DNA of 64,000 nt, taken from the human T2T-CHM13v2.0 reference genome, Homo sapiens. Positions within the stretch are counted from its first letter, which is position 1. Each line of letters starts with the position of its first letter. The stretch is taken from assembly GCF_009914755.1 (NCBI RefSeq), contig NC_060925.1, one strand, 5' to 3'. This document shows, in pieces, positions 39,965 through 54,439 of the stretch. The notes below the pieces were generated by a model that saw nothing but the letters and a program-made list of their open reading frames with translations, did not search any database and was not told the origin of the DNA. The translations under genes and the position numbers were made by a program.

Positions 39965-42900
39965 AAGCAAGGAGTTTAGTTGTTGTCACTCGCTCCTAAC
40001 AACTAAAAAGCTGAACAAATGGAAAAACCAACAATTCTTCTTGGATGCAGTAGAGAAGTAAAGTGACAGGGCAAACCACTGCCCCAAAAGTTGGAGAGAT
40101 AGGCAGGTAGACACAGAAAATCATAGTATACAGGAATAGAAACCTTCAAGCAGAAGCCTGCGTAGGAACCAGCACCAAGATGGAAAAACCTGAGCTGTAA
40201 CCAACAAATTGCTAGAGACTTCGTGTGGACAAGTCAGGGAGTTAAAAACTTCAGGGGAATCTAGTAATGGGGGAAGGGGAAGCATGTTTGTGAGTTTTAC
40301 CTCTAGAAGCTCTCTCAGGTCCTCACTGAATGGGGAAGAAAAATCCCCTCATGCTTCCAGCAGGGGGAGGGTGAAAAAAGCATTCTGAAATATACCAGAA
40401 CATTCTATTCTTCTTAATATGGACTGCCCTCAGAGGAAACTATTTTTCCAGAGCCTAATCTGTTTGGGTTTTATCAGAGCCTAACTTATCTGGGGAAAAG
40501 AAATACCCAACTCCAGTACTCTCCTGTTACCCTGTCCCACCTAAGGGAAGAAAAAATACTGGGCAGCACTTGTGAGTTCATAGTCCTGGATGCAAGACTC
40601 ATCTAAAGCCTCAGATCTAACCACAGAGGTACAGAACACTTCTGTTATCCCACACTTCACCTCCATGTTCCTAAAAGCCTATTTATCACATTTCCTTCAT
40701 CTGGGACATCATGTCTGCCTTTCATTCAAATTACAAGGCATACTAAAAGACAAAAAACACTGAAGGAACCAAACAAGCATCAGAACCAGAATCAGAAATT
40801 GCAGGAATGCTGAATAATCAGACCAGGAATTTTTTAAATTTAAGATTAATAAGCTAAGGGCTTTAATGGAAAAAGTAGGCAACATGCAAGAACAGATGAA
40901 TAATGTAAGTAGAAATATGGAAATTCTAAGAATTTTAAAAGACAGAAATAAAGAATGCCTTTGATAAGTTCATTAGTAGACTGAACAGGGCTGAGGAAAG
41001 AATCTCTAGGCTTGAAGATATGACAACAGAAACTCAAAATATGAAAAGCAAAGAGAAAAAACATGAAAAGAAGCAAAACAGAATAAGGATTATGGCATGT
41101 CTACAAAAGGTGTAACATACATGTAACAAGAATGCTAGAAAAATAAGGACAGAAGAAACAGAAGCACTATCTGAGGCAATAATGACTGAAAATTCCCCCA
41201 AATTAATGTCAGACACCAAACCACAGAATTCAGAAAGCTCAGAAACACCAATCAGAATAAATACTTAAAAAAAAAAACCTAGGCATAACATATTCCAACC
41301 TCAGAAAATCAAAGATAAAAACTTTTGAAAGACAAAAGAAAAAAAAAAAATCTTACCCATCCAGGACCAAGGATAAGTACATTGACTTCTCAGAATTCAT
41401 GTAAGCAAGAGAGTGGAGTGAATCATATAAAGTATTGAGAGAAAAAAAACGAACCTAGAATTACATACCCTGAAAAATTATCCTTCAAAAATAAAAGAGA
41501 AATAAAAATGTTCTCAGATTAAAAAAAAACTGAGGGAATCTGGTGCCAGTAGACCTGCCTTGTAAGAAATGTTAAAAGAAGTTCTTCAGAGTGAGGGAAA
41601 ATGATATAGGTCAGAAACTCAGATCTACATAAAGAAAGAAAGCAAGCATCAGAGAATGCATAAGTGAAGAATGCATAAGTGAATTTTAATTGATTTAACA
41701 GATAATACTTTGATTAAAAAATAGCAACAATATATCCAATGATATATGTTTATGTGCATACATACAATTGATCCTGGAACAACACAGGTTTGAACTGAGA
41801 AGGTCCACTTCTACTTGGATTTTTTTCAAACAAGGATGAAAAATACAATATTTAATATTTACGGGATGTGAAACCCACATATATGGAGGGCCAACTTTCC
41901 ATATGTGTGCGTTCCACAGGGCCAACTGTGGGACTTAAGTATGTACAGATTTTGGTTACATGCAGGGCAGAGGGGATGGTCCTGGAACCAATCCCCTGTG
42001 TATACCACAGGATGACTGTAAAGGGATAGAGAAAGACATACCATGCTAAAACTAACAGAGAAAACAGGAGTAGCTATAAATTTCAGACAGAGCTGACAAG
42101 GAAAGTTACTAGGAATAAAGACAGGCATCACATAATGATAAAGGGGTCAATTCTCCAATACAACATAACAATATTTGTCATGTATGCACCTAAGAACAGA
42201 GTATCAAAATAAGCTAGGTAAAAAACTAATAGAACTTAAAAGACAAATAGATCAATCCACCATTATAATTGGAGATTTCAATGCCCTTCTATCAGAAATG
42301 GACAGATCTATTAGGCAGACAATCATTAAAGCCAACAGTTGAACTTAATGGCACTACCCATCAATTGGATATAATTGACTTCTATAGACTACTTCATCCA
42401 ACAACAACAACAGAATATACATTCTTTTCAAGTTCACATGGAACAGTCACTAACAGAGACCACACACTGGGCCATAAAAAAAACCTTAACAAATTTAAAA
42501 GGATATAAACCATACAATGTCTGCTTTTAGACAACAATGAAATTAAGCTAGAATTCAATAACAGAAAGATAACTTGAAAATCTCAAAATACCTAGAGATT
42601 AAACAACACACTTCTATAAAATACATGAGTCAAGGAAGAAATCTGAAATTTAAAAATATTTTGAACTAAATAAAAATGAAAATACACCTAATCAAAACTT
42701 ATGGGATGAAGCAAAAGCAGTGCTTAGAGGGAAATTTACAGCATTAAATGCATATATCAGAAAAAAAGAAAGATCTAAAACCAGTAATTTAAGCTTCCAC
42801 CTTAAGAAACTAGAAAAAATAAATTAAATTCAAATTAAGCATGGGCAAAGATTAATATACAAAGAAAAATAAAATAAAAAAATTCAAATTAAAGAAAAAA

Positions 42901-45900
42901 ATCAAAGCAAAAAAAATCAATGAAATTAAACAGAAAAAAAAATTGAGAAAAATCAATGAAACCAAAAGCTGTTTCTCTGACAAGGTCAATAAAATTGATA
43001 AGCATCTAGTGAGTCTGAGAAAAAAAGAAAGAAGACAAATTACCAATATTAGATATAAAGGAGGGGACACTACTACAGATCCCATATACATTAAAAGGCT
43101 AATAAGGGAATAAATGCACAATCTATGTACACAAATTTGATAACCCAGATGAAATGGACATACTCCTTGAAAGATACAATCTGCCAACATTCACAAAAGA
43201 AAACAGATAATCTCAAAAGGCCTATTTATATTAATGAAATTGAATCAATAATTAATAACTGTTCAAAACAGAAAGCACCAAGTTCAGATGGATTCACTTG
43301 TGAATTCTTCTAAACACTTAAGGATGAAATTATAACAATTCTCTAGAATCTCTTGCAGAAGACAGAAGCAGACAGAATACATCCTAACTCATTCTATGAG
43401 GCTAACACTACCCTAAGACCAAAAGCAGATAAAGACATTACGAGAAAACTTAAGAGTATCTCTCATGAATGAAGATGCAAAAATCCTCAATAAAGTATTA
43501 ACAAACTGAATCCAACAATGTAAAAAAGAATGACACACTGCTACCAAAGCGGATTTACCTCAGGGTAAGTAAGGCTGGTTCAATATTTGAAAATCAATTA
43601 ATGGAATCCATCCCATCAACAGGCTAAAAAAGAAAAGTCACATGATCGTATCAACAGATGCAGAAAAAGCACTTGACAAAATCCAACATCTATTCATGAT
43701 TTTTTTTTAAAAAAACTATGTAAACTAAAAATAGAGGGGAACTTCCTCAACTTGATAAAGAACATCTACAAAATAGCCCATATTTAATAGTGAGTAACTT
43801 GGAGCTTTCCTGCTCTATGACTAGGAAAAAGGCCAAGATGTCCCTCTCATCACTGCTTTTCAACTTTTTGCTGCAATTCCCAGGTAATGCAATAGTAAAT
43901 AAAAGAAATAAAAGACACACAGATAGGGGAAGAGGAAATAAAACTGCCTTTTTCAAAGATGACATGAACGTCTATGTAAAAAATCTGAAAAAACTGACAA
44001 AAAGATTCCTGGAACTAGTGAGAAATAATAGCAAGGCTGTAAAATACAAGGTTAACACAGAAAAGTCAACTGCTTTCCTATAGACCAGTCATGAACAAGT
44101 GGAATTTGAAATTAGAAACACATTACTATTTATATTAGCACTCCCAAAATGAAATGCTTAGGTATCAATCTAACAACATGTATAAGATCTGTATAAGGAA
44201 AACTATAAAATGCTGATGAAATATATCTAAGAAGAACTAAATGAAAGAGAGTCCATGTTCACAGACAGGAAAACACAATATTGTCAAGATGTCAGTTCTC
44301 CCTAACTTGACCTATAGATTCAGTGCAATCACAATCAAAATCTCAGAAAATTATTTTATGGATATAAACAAACTGAATCTAAAGTATTACGAAGAAGCAA
44401 AAGGCCTAGAATAGCCAACTCAATATTGAAGAACAAAGTTGGAGGACTGACACCACTTGATTTCAAGACTTATTATAAAGCTAGAGAAATTAAGGCAGTG
44501 TGGTATTAGTAAAGAAACAGACTAACAGGTGAACGAAACAGAACAGATCCTAGAAACAGACCCACATAGTCACCTGGTCTTTGACAAAGAAGCAAAGGTA
44601 ATACAGTGGAGCAAAAATAGTATTTTCAACAAATAGTGCCAGAACTGGACATCCACATTCCCTGCCCCCCCCAAAAAAGAAAGAATCTAGACACAGACCT
44701 ATAGCCTTCACAAGAATTAAGTCAAAATTGATCACAGAACTAAATGTAAAATACAAAACTAGAAAACTCCTAGAAGAAAACATAGGAGAAAATGTAGATG
44801 ACCAAGGGTATGGCAATGGCTTTTTACATACAACACCAAAGGCATGAACCACAAAAGAGAGAATAAGCTACACTTCATTAAAATGAAAACCTTCTTCTCT
44901 GCCAAAGACAATGTCAAGAGAATGAGAAGCCACAGACTGGGAGAAAATATTTGCAGAAGACACTTCTGATAAAGGACTGTTATCCAAAATATATATAAAG
45001 AACTCTTAAAACTCAAGAATAAGAAAATAATTTGATTGAAAAATGATCAAAAGTGACCTGAACATATACCTCACCAAAGAAAACATACAGATGGCAAGTA
45101 AGTGTCTGAAAATAGGTTCAATATTACGTCACTGGGGAATTACAAACGAAAACAACGAGATACCACCACACACCTACCAGAATAGCCAAAATCCAAAACA
45201 CTGATGGCACCAAATGCTGGTGAAGATGTGGAGCAACAGAAACTCTCATTCACTGTGGGAACGCAAAATGGTACATCCACTTTGGAAGACAGTTTGGCAG
45301 TTAAAAAAAAAATTAGACATAGTTTTAACCATATAATCCAGTAATCGTACAACTTTATATTTACCAAAATAAACTGAAGACATATGCCCGAAAATTTGCA
45401 CATGGATGTTTACAGCTTTGTACATAATTGCCAAAACTCGAAAGAAACCAAAATGTCCTTTAGTAAGTCAGTGGGTAAATAAACTTTGATACATCCATAC
45501 AATAGAATATTACTCAGTGCTAAAAGGAAATGAGCTATCAAGCCATTAAAAGACACAGAGGAAACTTAAATGCGTATTACTAAGTGAAAGAAGCCAATAT
45601 GAAAAGGCTACATACTATATGATTCTGACTATTTGACATTCCACTATGGAGACAGTGAAAATATCAGTGGTTGTCAAAGGGTTAGGAGGGAGAGAGGAAT
45701 GAATAGGCAGAGCACACAGGACTTTTAGGACAGCGAAACTATTTTGTATAATACTACACTGGTGAATACATGTCATCATGTATTAGTCAAAATCCATAGA
45801 ATGTAGAACACCAAGAGTGAATCCTAATGTAAACTATGAACCTTGGCTGATAATGATGTGTCAACTTAGGTTCATTGATTACAATAAATGTACCACTCTG

Positions 45901-46032
45901 GTGTGGGATGTGGATAGTGGAGGAGGCTATGCATAGGGACAGTGGGTATACAGGAACTCTCTGTACTTTCTGCTCAATTCTGCTGTGACCCTAAAACTGC
46001 TATAAAATTTAAAGTTTATTAAAACTAAAAAA
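39965..46032 (+). mobile_element. Near full-span decayed L1MC-type LINE-1 (5'UTR, ORF1 and ORF2 remnants, 3'UTR)
   Basis: Broken ORF2 fragments in the ORF track (e.g. 42269 EYTFFSSSHGT..DHTLGHK..LNKFK; 43125 KAPSSDGFTCEF). L1MC-type 3' end gtaaactatg...tgtaccactctggtg...cctaaaactgct plus A tail. Confidence 0.88.
41765..42018 (-). mobile_element. MER8 (Tigger-family MITE) inside L1MC
   Basis: TA TSDs at 41763-64 and 42019-20; gaacaacacaggtttgaactg...ggtcctggaaccaatcccc...gactg. Confidence 0.88.
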
Positions 46033-46399
46033 AGATTGATTTGTGAGACATTTAGTCTGCCGCAATGTCTGCTTTACATCTGGATTTGCAAACCAATACA
46101 ATAAATTCTCCCTCCTCCTCCCCACCTTGGACCACAGGTTGGGAATGACAGGTCTACAAGGAAGGTGAGTGGCATTTTGGATATGGAAGGGATCTGGCCT
46201 TACCCAGACCTGGTTCTAACTCCAGTTCTGTGATGACCGCAATGATGACTGATGAGTTACAGAAACTCACTATGTCTCAGTTTTATTCTTTGTACATGGG
46301 GACGGAAATACTCTAAAAGGTTTTTAGCACCAAATGACACTGAATTTATTACATGTAATACAACAGGTAGTTAGTGTTAACATTTCTGTTTGCTAGAAT

Positions 46400-46573
46400 C
46401 AGTGGTTCGACCCCCTGGACCGGCAGCATCAGCATCACCTGGAAACTGGTTAAAAATGCAAATTTTCAAGCTGCAACTCAGGCACATTGAATCCTCTGGT
46501 GGTGGGCCCAGCAATCTGTGTTTTAACAGCCCTCCAAGTGATTCTGATGCTCATCAAAATTTGAGAACTGCTG
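46400..46573. mobile_element. MER5A
   Basis: cagtggttc...gcagcatcagcatcacctgg...gggcccagcaatctgtgttttaaca...tttgagaactgctg. Confidence 0.9.
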
Positions 46574-48149
46574 CTCTGAAGTCATAGTTTTCAACTTTCT
46601 TTTTTTCTTTATAAGCAGAGGAATCCTTTCTTCAAAAGGGATCTTATTCAGAAAGCTGATCCGTGGAACACATACAGTTGAACTGGTTCTGATTGAACTG
46701 GGTAGGGAGAGCTCGATGTGTGCCCTCGACGTCTCACCTGGTTCCCTGCAGCCATCCCCAAGGGACCTCTGGGGCAGGGAAATGCTCTTTGGCCATTAGA
46801 GATACTACAATTTTTGGTGGCACCATTGACAGAATTAAAGGACTAACACAACACTAAGCGATTCAACCATAATTACAAGGCAAACCCTGCTGCGGTAAAA
46901 TAATACTTCCTGGGGTTTCCAGGGGCATCCACAACTAAGCCACTCTGCACTGGGTCACCCTCCAGTACCACATCACTGGCCTGACTTGGCTATCTTACAT
47001 GCTTGGGACAAAAATTTTCAGAAGTGACATCTGGCTCTCTTTGCAACATCTCTTTGTTACATCTTTGCAACATCTAGCCTCAACTTGATGTTACACTGCC
47101 TGTTGCCCAGAGCAAGCTGTACCCTATTCACATCAGGTCAAAAGACCTACTTACTCTGTGGTGTCAAAAACACATTTTATGTTTCAATCAAAGTTTGGTG
47201 GCATACTCCTGAAGAGAGCTGAGGCTCAGCAGTAAGCAGTAGACATGTCAGTTGAGAATCACTGTCTAGGAATTAAGTTTGAAAACTATTGATGTAGAGG
47301 CTATAACCAAGGAGACAATCATGGGAGGGTTTTTGCTGTATTTGTTTACGGAAGAACATGCAGTGCCAAGTATTCAAATGAAACTTACATAGGCTGACAA
47401 TAAGTAAAGGAGCCAAAGAAGGAAAATCAAGATAGACAGTCACAGTTCTCAGGAAAAGGGATGTGCTTTGGGTTTCCAGATAAACAGCTGACTATGGAGT
47501 AATGGCTTAGGGAATGCCAAGTTAAGCAAGTTATTATAAAAGCTAGCACCCACTGATCAAATCAGTCATCTTTCATTAGTACCATGTCTCCCAGCTCATA
47601 TTTCATATGGGCTGTGGGTTATTATTTTCTCTACTCTGGCAATGAGGATCTGCTGCAGCTTATTGGAAAAAAAAATCTGTATCAAAACCAAAAATATTTC
47701 CAGATACCATAGATTATTAAAAAATAAAGGTTGCAAATGGAGCTCATCTCATTGATTTTCTACTTTGAGCCTCTCCTAATCTGAGAGAGGGTAGAACGGG
47801 TGTTAATTTCAGCTGACAGATAAGGACACTGAGGTATGGGCAGACTATGTGCCCTGCTAAAGGTCACTGATAATCACTAGAGAGCCAGGTCTAAAGTCAT
47901 AATGCTTCAGAATGGAAGAGGCCTCAATGAGCCATCTACTCCACTCATGTCAATTTTACAGAGGAGCTAACTTTCATCTTGAGAGGTAGGAGGGGAGGAG
48001 ATAAGACTTAGAGTGATTCTCTTGGTTTGGCACAAAGCAGCTGCACAGGAGCCATTCGAAAAGAAGGCCTCTCACTTGGTGAGAATGAGGTAGGAGATAA
48101 GGATAAGGCCTTTCCTCCTCCTAAATGTCTATAAAAGCTGAGCTACCCA

Positions 48150-48315
48150 AAATGGTAGCTATATATTAACAAGTTTAATTAAAACTAAATAAAGCAAAAT
48201 TTAACTCCTAAGTTACAGTAGTCATATTTCATATGCTCAAGAGGCACAAGTGGCTGGTGGCTATGACACCAGACAGACTGAACCTGTCCTTCATTGCAGA
48301 ACGTTTTGCACAGAG
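48150..48315. mobile_element. MER3-like hAT MITE
   Basis: aattaaaactaaataa...catatttcatatgctcaa...gtggctggtggcta...cattgcagaa. Confidence 0.6.
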
Positions 48316-49284
48316 ATGCTCTTAAGTACACTCTTCATGACAAGGATATAGTTGCTGGAATGGGCAGCTGGAATCAGGAATCCTGGAGCTGCCACCAATT
48401 AGCTATGTGAACTTGGCAAATCTCTGGGCATCCATTTCTTCATTTGTAAAAAGAAGTTAGGCTCCATAATGACGATGGCCCCTTTCTGTTGTAACATCCC
48501 ATAATTCTGTCCCCAAAGCTCCAGATGGCAAGCTCCTGACTCTGGCCACTCTTCTTTCCAAACTGGGCCCTTTATCAAATTAGATCAAGAGAACATGCTC
48601 TTGGACTTCATTATTTCCCGTAGAAATGCAGTTGCTGAATACGAATAGCATCCTCTAATTATTTCAAGGGTCATCATAAGAAATAGCCACAAGAAAAACT
48701 TCTCTAAATATTTACCAGGAAGAACCACTTAAGATGGTGAAGAACCTATCCCCAAAGCCCCTCTCGTAAGAACCTACACCTACATGATAAATCTGGTGCA
48801 GTTTAGGGCCAGAAAAAAAGTATATTTCTCCAGAAGAATTGGTATGCTTCCTTTTAACCACAGAATGAAAACAACATTGTTCATTATGATTTTTAGGCAT
48901 CAGTTAGGGCCTAAGCATGGGAGGCCCCTGTTCCAAGGAAACTGGAACAATTCTGTCTCCAGCACAGAGCTCCTGTCTTCCTTGACCCCACTGAAAGTAC
49001 ATTTTCAGCAGAGGCCACATTTAACACTTTTTAAAAGTAGAGTTAAAATGTTAAGTTTTTAAAAATTAAATAGTTCACTGATCCCGCTATACCATACTGT
49101 AGAATATAAACATGGAATACGATGAGAATAAAAAAAACATGAACCTCAAATCACTGAGCTAAACAGAATTAATTATACTGGAAGAATTTGCAGAAGGCTG
49201 AATTGTGGCAACTTTTGCATCTTTTCCTCCCCCATTATCTCTATCACCTCCTCCAATTAAATTAAGTTCCAATTAATTAAAATG

Positions 49285-49525
49285 GCAAGCATTTATTGAG
49301 TATCTAATCTATTCAGTGTCAGGCATAGTTGTAAGTATTCATATATATATGTGTATATATATATGTATATAGTAGTATATACACACATATATATGTAATT
49401 AAAACTTATGCCTCACAGTAACCCCAGGAGGAAGATAAGGTAACTTGTTCAAGTTTACATAGGTAGCAAGTGTCAGAGCTGGGATTTAAACCCTGCCAGT
49501 CAGGCTCCTGCTCTCTAATACTACA
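49285..49525 (-). mobile_element. MIR SINE with internal (TA)n
   Basis: gcatttattgag...taacttgttcaag...aagtgtcagagctgggatttaaacc. Confidence 0.7.
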
Positions 49526-52269
49526 TGAGCCCCCTTTTTAATACTGACAATGAACCTTTTCCCACCTTTAAAAGTAAAAATTTAAAACATCATTAGAAAA
49601 CATTACAGAAACACATAAAGTAAACAAAAAAAAATTGTGCTTGCTTAGCAAACAGCTTTCAGATTTGTCCCTTAGCACTCTTCTACACTGCCAGCCATGA
49701 GCCCTTCCTGTTTAGAAATTTTAGAGAATGCCAACTCTTTAATTCTGTCATTTTTCCAACATTCACTCTGAACTTCTTCCGCATTGTTTTCTGGTGAAAT
49801 AACTAAAAATCCTGCATGTAGTGTAACAGTCAACTAAAGGCATAATAACCATTAGCAAAACTGTTCCTACCTATTAATTCCTTGCTTAACAAGGGTGGGT
49901 CACAATAATAAAAAGACAATGAAGCTGGGAACTGACAATTCCAGTCTTTGCAGCTGTCATGAGACAGTTTAAAAATGAATTTACATAAGTGATTGCTGGG
50001 CTTTTTATAAACATGGTACCTGCCAGGAAACAGTTCCACTTTCTCTTCCCTGGACTTTCTGTCCTCTTGTAGATTCTGATTCTCGAGCTTTACAATGCTT
50101 TATATGCTTTCATGTTTTATATGCTTATCAGGACAATCTTCTGTGGACAGTAAAAGGAAACACGTCTCTTAAAGCTATTAGAAAATTAACACTTGAGTTA
50201 TGTGTTTCTTTAGTCCTAGGGGTAGTGTAGTCAAACAGGCACAGGTTTCAATTCTGGCTCTGCAGCCTTGTACAAGTTACTGAAGCTCTCTTGAGTTGTA
50301 CTGTCTTCTGTAAAATGAACTAATTATATTGCCCTAATGGAGTTGTAATGCCAGGTCAACAACAGACACACAACAAAGTTACTTCCCATAATCAAAGTTG
50401 TAAAAAGTTAGTTTCAAAACCAAGCTGCACTTTTGAGATTCCATTTTTCATTTTTATCCAGTTTGTGGCCATTCCCAAAGGACTCCTTTCAGGTGCTTCT
50501 GGAAAGTGTTACCATACAAAAGACTTCTAGTTCTCAAGGGGGAATGGAGAAATACATGTGGATTGGAAATTCAATCCAAACAAAACCTCTCTAAAAATTT
50601 TTTAAATGGTATTTGTATCCAGGAAATCAAGGCCACAAATCGTTTCTATGAATGAGAACTTTACAGGTTGCCTTCCCTCACAATTTTTCCTTCACTTATA
50701 TCCCTGATAAAAATAAGAAATGCTGCTGGATATAAAGCAAAATTAATGTTGACCACTAAAGCCATTTCTAGTCAAAATTCAACAGCCTACATACACCTCT
50801 TGAAAAAACAATTTGCTCCCAGGCTCCGTATGATGACGCTGGCCATGAGTAACACTCATGTCCCAGAATCCTCAGATTTAGCTTTCTCAAGAAAACTTTC
50901 CATGAAACACGACTTGCCAGGACAAGGCCTTGCGGAGGCTCCTTGTGTACCTGTGGCCCTCATCCCCAGAGTGCTGTGCTGTTACCCTGTGGGTTACTGT
51001 GTCGAAATGGAAGCGGTGACGTTCTTCCTTCAGGGACATTCCTTTTGTTTTTACCTAGCAGCATACACCAATAATTTGTAAGTAGGAAGAGTTTTCTGTT
51101 CATTTTTTTCTTAATGGACAGATTTAGACAGCCCAAAGGTAGGGCTCGGTATGTGCTGGGGGGAGGGGCTCAGAGGGCCGGCATGAGGGAGGATTTGTGC
51201 CCAAAGGCTTCTCACAGACTCCGTAACTAGATGAGGAAATGAGCCAGGATCCACAAGACTCCTCAGCGGCCAAATCCCGAGTTCTCCTTCTGTCAATCAT
51301 CTGCACTGCAGAGACTTAGAGTACACTCCGGCAGCAAGAAGGCTGCTCTCCCAGTGCTCCTGCCTTGACCATGCCCTGGAGTTACCTGGAAGCTTTATTA
51401 GAGACTGTACCCTCTGGGCCCCATGCCAGGGCTGGGTGCGGCCGGGGCTCCATGATTTTCAGTCACTCCTCAGCTGATCCTAACATGCACATAAGTTTAT
51501 GAACCGCTGCCCTGGTCCCTTCTGCCTTCAGTGAGGCTGCGGAAGCTGCTAGAGCCTATTATCTTGAGACTTTTTTTTCTTTTCTTCTAATGAAAGAAAA
51601 AGATAATGTACGAAATCATACATTTTGAGCTTTCCTCAAGTCAAGAAAGTTTAGGTCAGAGTCCTTAGTGTGAGTTTATCCCTTTGCCGCACCCACCCTA
51701 ATGAAGATTACAGCCGACCGTAGTAACTGGAGCATAGAGCGTGCTCCTGGGCAGAGTGCAAAGGGCACCCTTTCAAAGAAGGTGGAAGGGAAATGTATTG
51801 GGAAGTTTATGAAGGGGAGTAAAGAAATTTAAGAAACAGATTCACTGCTCTTTGGATATGCGTGCAAGGGCTTTCACGACTTTCCAAGCCCCTGCCTTCA
51901 TCTGGACTCCTGTTCCTCCTGGACACACTCACCCTCCAGTCTAGTTACAAATTATTCACTCTTAGGACAGGGCCCTCTGCCTCCAGCTCAAGCCAGCTGG
52001 AGACCTCTGCCCTCATCCCCACCCCAGGTTTCCAGGTGGGCCCTGCCACTTACGGTGTGACTCCTAAATACCTGTGGGGCAGCAGTGAGCCAGAGGGGTG
52101 GGGAAGAGTATAGATGGGGCTCTCTCCAGGACTGACTCCTGCGTACTCAGCCGTCCTCCCAGGACAGGTAGGGCCCGGTGACAAGACGTCCTGAGCCTGG
52201 CCAGCACCCGACAACTCCCAGCTCACTAGATTTAATGAGGCAGCACAAAAGCAGGAGAACAAGAGGTGT

Positions 52270-52425
52270 GGGGCTCTAACTCCACCTTTGCCCTCTGCTA
52301 GCCCATGACCTTGTGCAAGTAACAGAAGCTTTCTAGAAAGTGCCTCAGTGTCCCCATCTGTAAAGTGGAAATTAATGTTTGACTAGACTCCTCAGAAAGC
52401 TTTTTGAAAAGTGCAAAGTGCTTTA
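52270..52425 (+). mobile_element. MIR SINE
   Basis: tgaccttgtgcaagt...gtgcctcagtgtccccatctgtaaagtgg. Confidence 0.7.
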
Positions 52426-52714
52426 AGTTATTTTGATACAATACAACTTCTCTAGACATTAATTGAATCTTCTATGCATGGGACACTGCCTATCACTGAC
52501 AATATAAAGATGAAAAAAAGGCCACTGAATTCAACGGGTACAATATATTCCACAGAGCAAACAGAAATGTGGTAGATAAAGCTACATAATTCAATGTAAT
52601 AATTAGTATGATGGCTGAATAGCATGCTACTGGGAACCCAGACAGCAGAAAATTTACATATGTCCAGAGATGGGGGAGAGAAGAGGACAAGAAGGTGACA
52701 TCAGGTAAACACTG

Positions 52715-52945
52715 ATGGTCAGGTACTCATCTGAGCACTTTATGTATACAATCTCAAGTGAGCCTCAAAACAACCTTGTGAAGTAGGTAAGTACTGCTTT
52801 CCCCATTTTACAGATAAGGAAAGCAATACCTACCTACCTGGCAAGTTCAGAGAGGCAGTCTCTCAAAGTCACATGGCTAGTGAATGGCAGAGCTGGGCTT
52901 TGGCTGTGGGCCCAAAACCTGGATCATAATCTTTCCACACACTGT
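52715..52945 (-). mobile_element. MIR SINE
   Basis: ccccattttacagataaggaaa...aagtcacatggctagtgaatggcagagctggg. Confidence 0.75.
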
Positions 52946-53212
52946 CTCCACCCTAACTATGACCCCATTCCTGATCTCCCCAGTGCCTTGCCCTGGCTCA
53001 GGCATAGCCCGGCACACCCCCTCCTCTGTGCTTCCATACTTCTGTATTCACACTGCCATATAACATGCCTATTATTCTGTCATTATTTGTTTTTGTGTCT
53101 GTCTTCCTCATTAGCTTACTGGTCCTTAGGGAAGAAAGGGAAGGCAGCAGGTGCTTAGTAAACAGTTGGTGTTTGGTGTCTGGTGTTTAATAAATGTTAA
53201 TAAATGTTTTCT

Positions 53213-53526
53213 TTTGTTTCTTTCTTTCTTTCTTTTTTTTTTTTTTTGAGATGTCTCATTCTGCTGCCCAGGCTGGAGTGCAGTGGTGCAATCATGGCTC
53301 ACTGCAGCCTCAAACTCCTGGGCCCAGAAAATCCTCCCACCTCAGCCTCCTGAGTAGCTAGGACTACAGGCACATACCACTGCACCCAGCTAATTTTTAA
53401 AATTTTTGTAGCGATAGGGTTTCACTAGGTTGCCCAGGCTAGTCTCAAACTCCTGGGCTCAAGCAATCCTCTTACCTCAGCCTCCCAAAGTGCTGGGATT
53501 ACAGGTGTGAGCCACTGCACCTGGTC
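53213..53526 (-). mobile_element. AluJ
   Basis: Reverse dimer. Perfect TSD aataaatgttttct at 53199-212 and 53527-40. Confidence 0.93.
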
Positions 53527-53851
53527 AATAAATGTTTTCTCAATGGATGAAGGAAAAAATGAAACTATACTAGGCTTCGACAGACTGGTAGGAATTTACT
53601 AGGTGGTTTGAAGGAAACATTTTCAAAAGCAAAGGCAGACCCTTATTCATCCTTATGTCCCCAGAGTCTTGTACTTATTACAGGTACTTAATAAATGTCT
53701 AACAAATTCTAGGCAGAGGAAACAGTGTGAGGAAATCCAGAGAGATTTAAGGTTACACAGTGAGTTTGGACAACTTGGCCAATGTGAATCACATAGTGGG
53801 TGTGTGGGGACACAGAAGTGCTTCTCAAATTATTCATGGGGAAAGACCAGG

Positions 53852-53886
<35 letters not shown>

Positions 53887-54169
53887 CCAATTCAATATGG
53901 ACCAATTCTTTCATAAAAATTCAGCGAAAAGGAACTGCCAAAAATGGGACAAAATACAAGTCCAGTTCCTAATCAGATTCAACAGATGTAAAATGATGGT
54001 CAAATTGCTATAAAAATTACCAAATATGGACTTATCTAGCTGCAGATTGCTAACAAAGAGGTCTGTCTGCTGATCAAGCTTTGCCTGGCACTGAGAAAGG
54101 TGGAGGTAGGAGCTATTGTGGAGAGCCACAAGAAAGATGAGCTTGTTCTACAAAGGAAAGAGAGATCAA

Positions 54170-54405
54170 GAATAATGTTCACTGAGGATTTCTGTGTGGC
54201 CGGCATGGTTATGAGTGCTTCACACCTATTAACTCATTTACATTTCATAACTTATCTGTGAGGTAAGTGCTATTATCACACCCGTTTCAGAGATGAGTAA
54301 ACTGAGACACAGCCGTTAAAAACATTCCCAAGCCAGAGGTGGTAAGAAGCATCACGAGGCCTTGAACCTGGGCAGTGTGAATCTTCATTACTAGACTGCG
54401 ATGCC
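54170..54405 (-). mobile_element. MIR SINE
   Basis: ttaactcattta...tgaggtaagtgctattat...agatgagtaaactgagacacag. Confidence 0.78.
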
Positions 54406-54439
54406 TTTGGGGAACTCATAGACAATTTTCTATTGTCTA

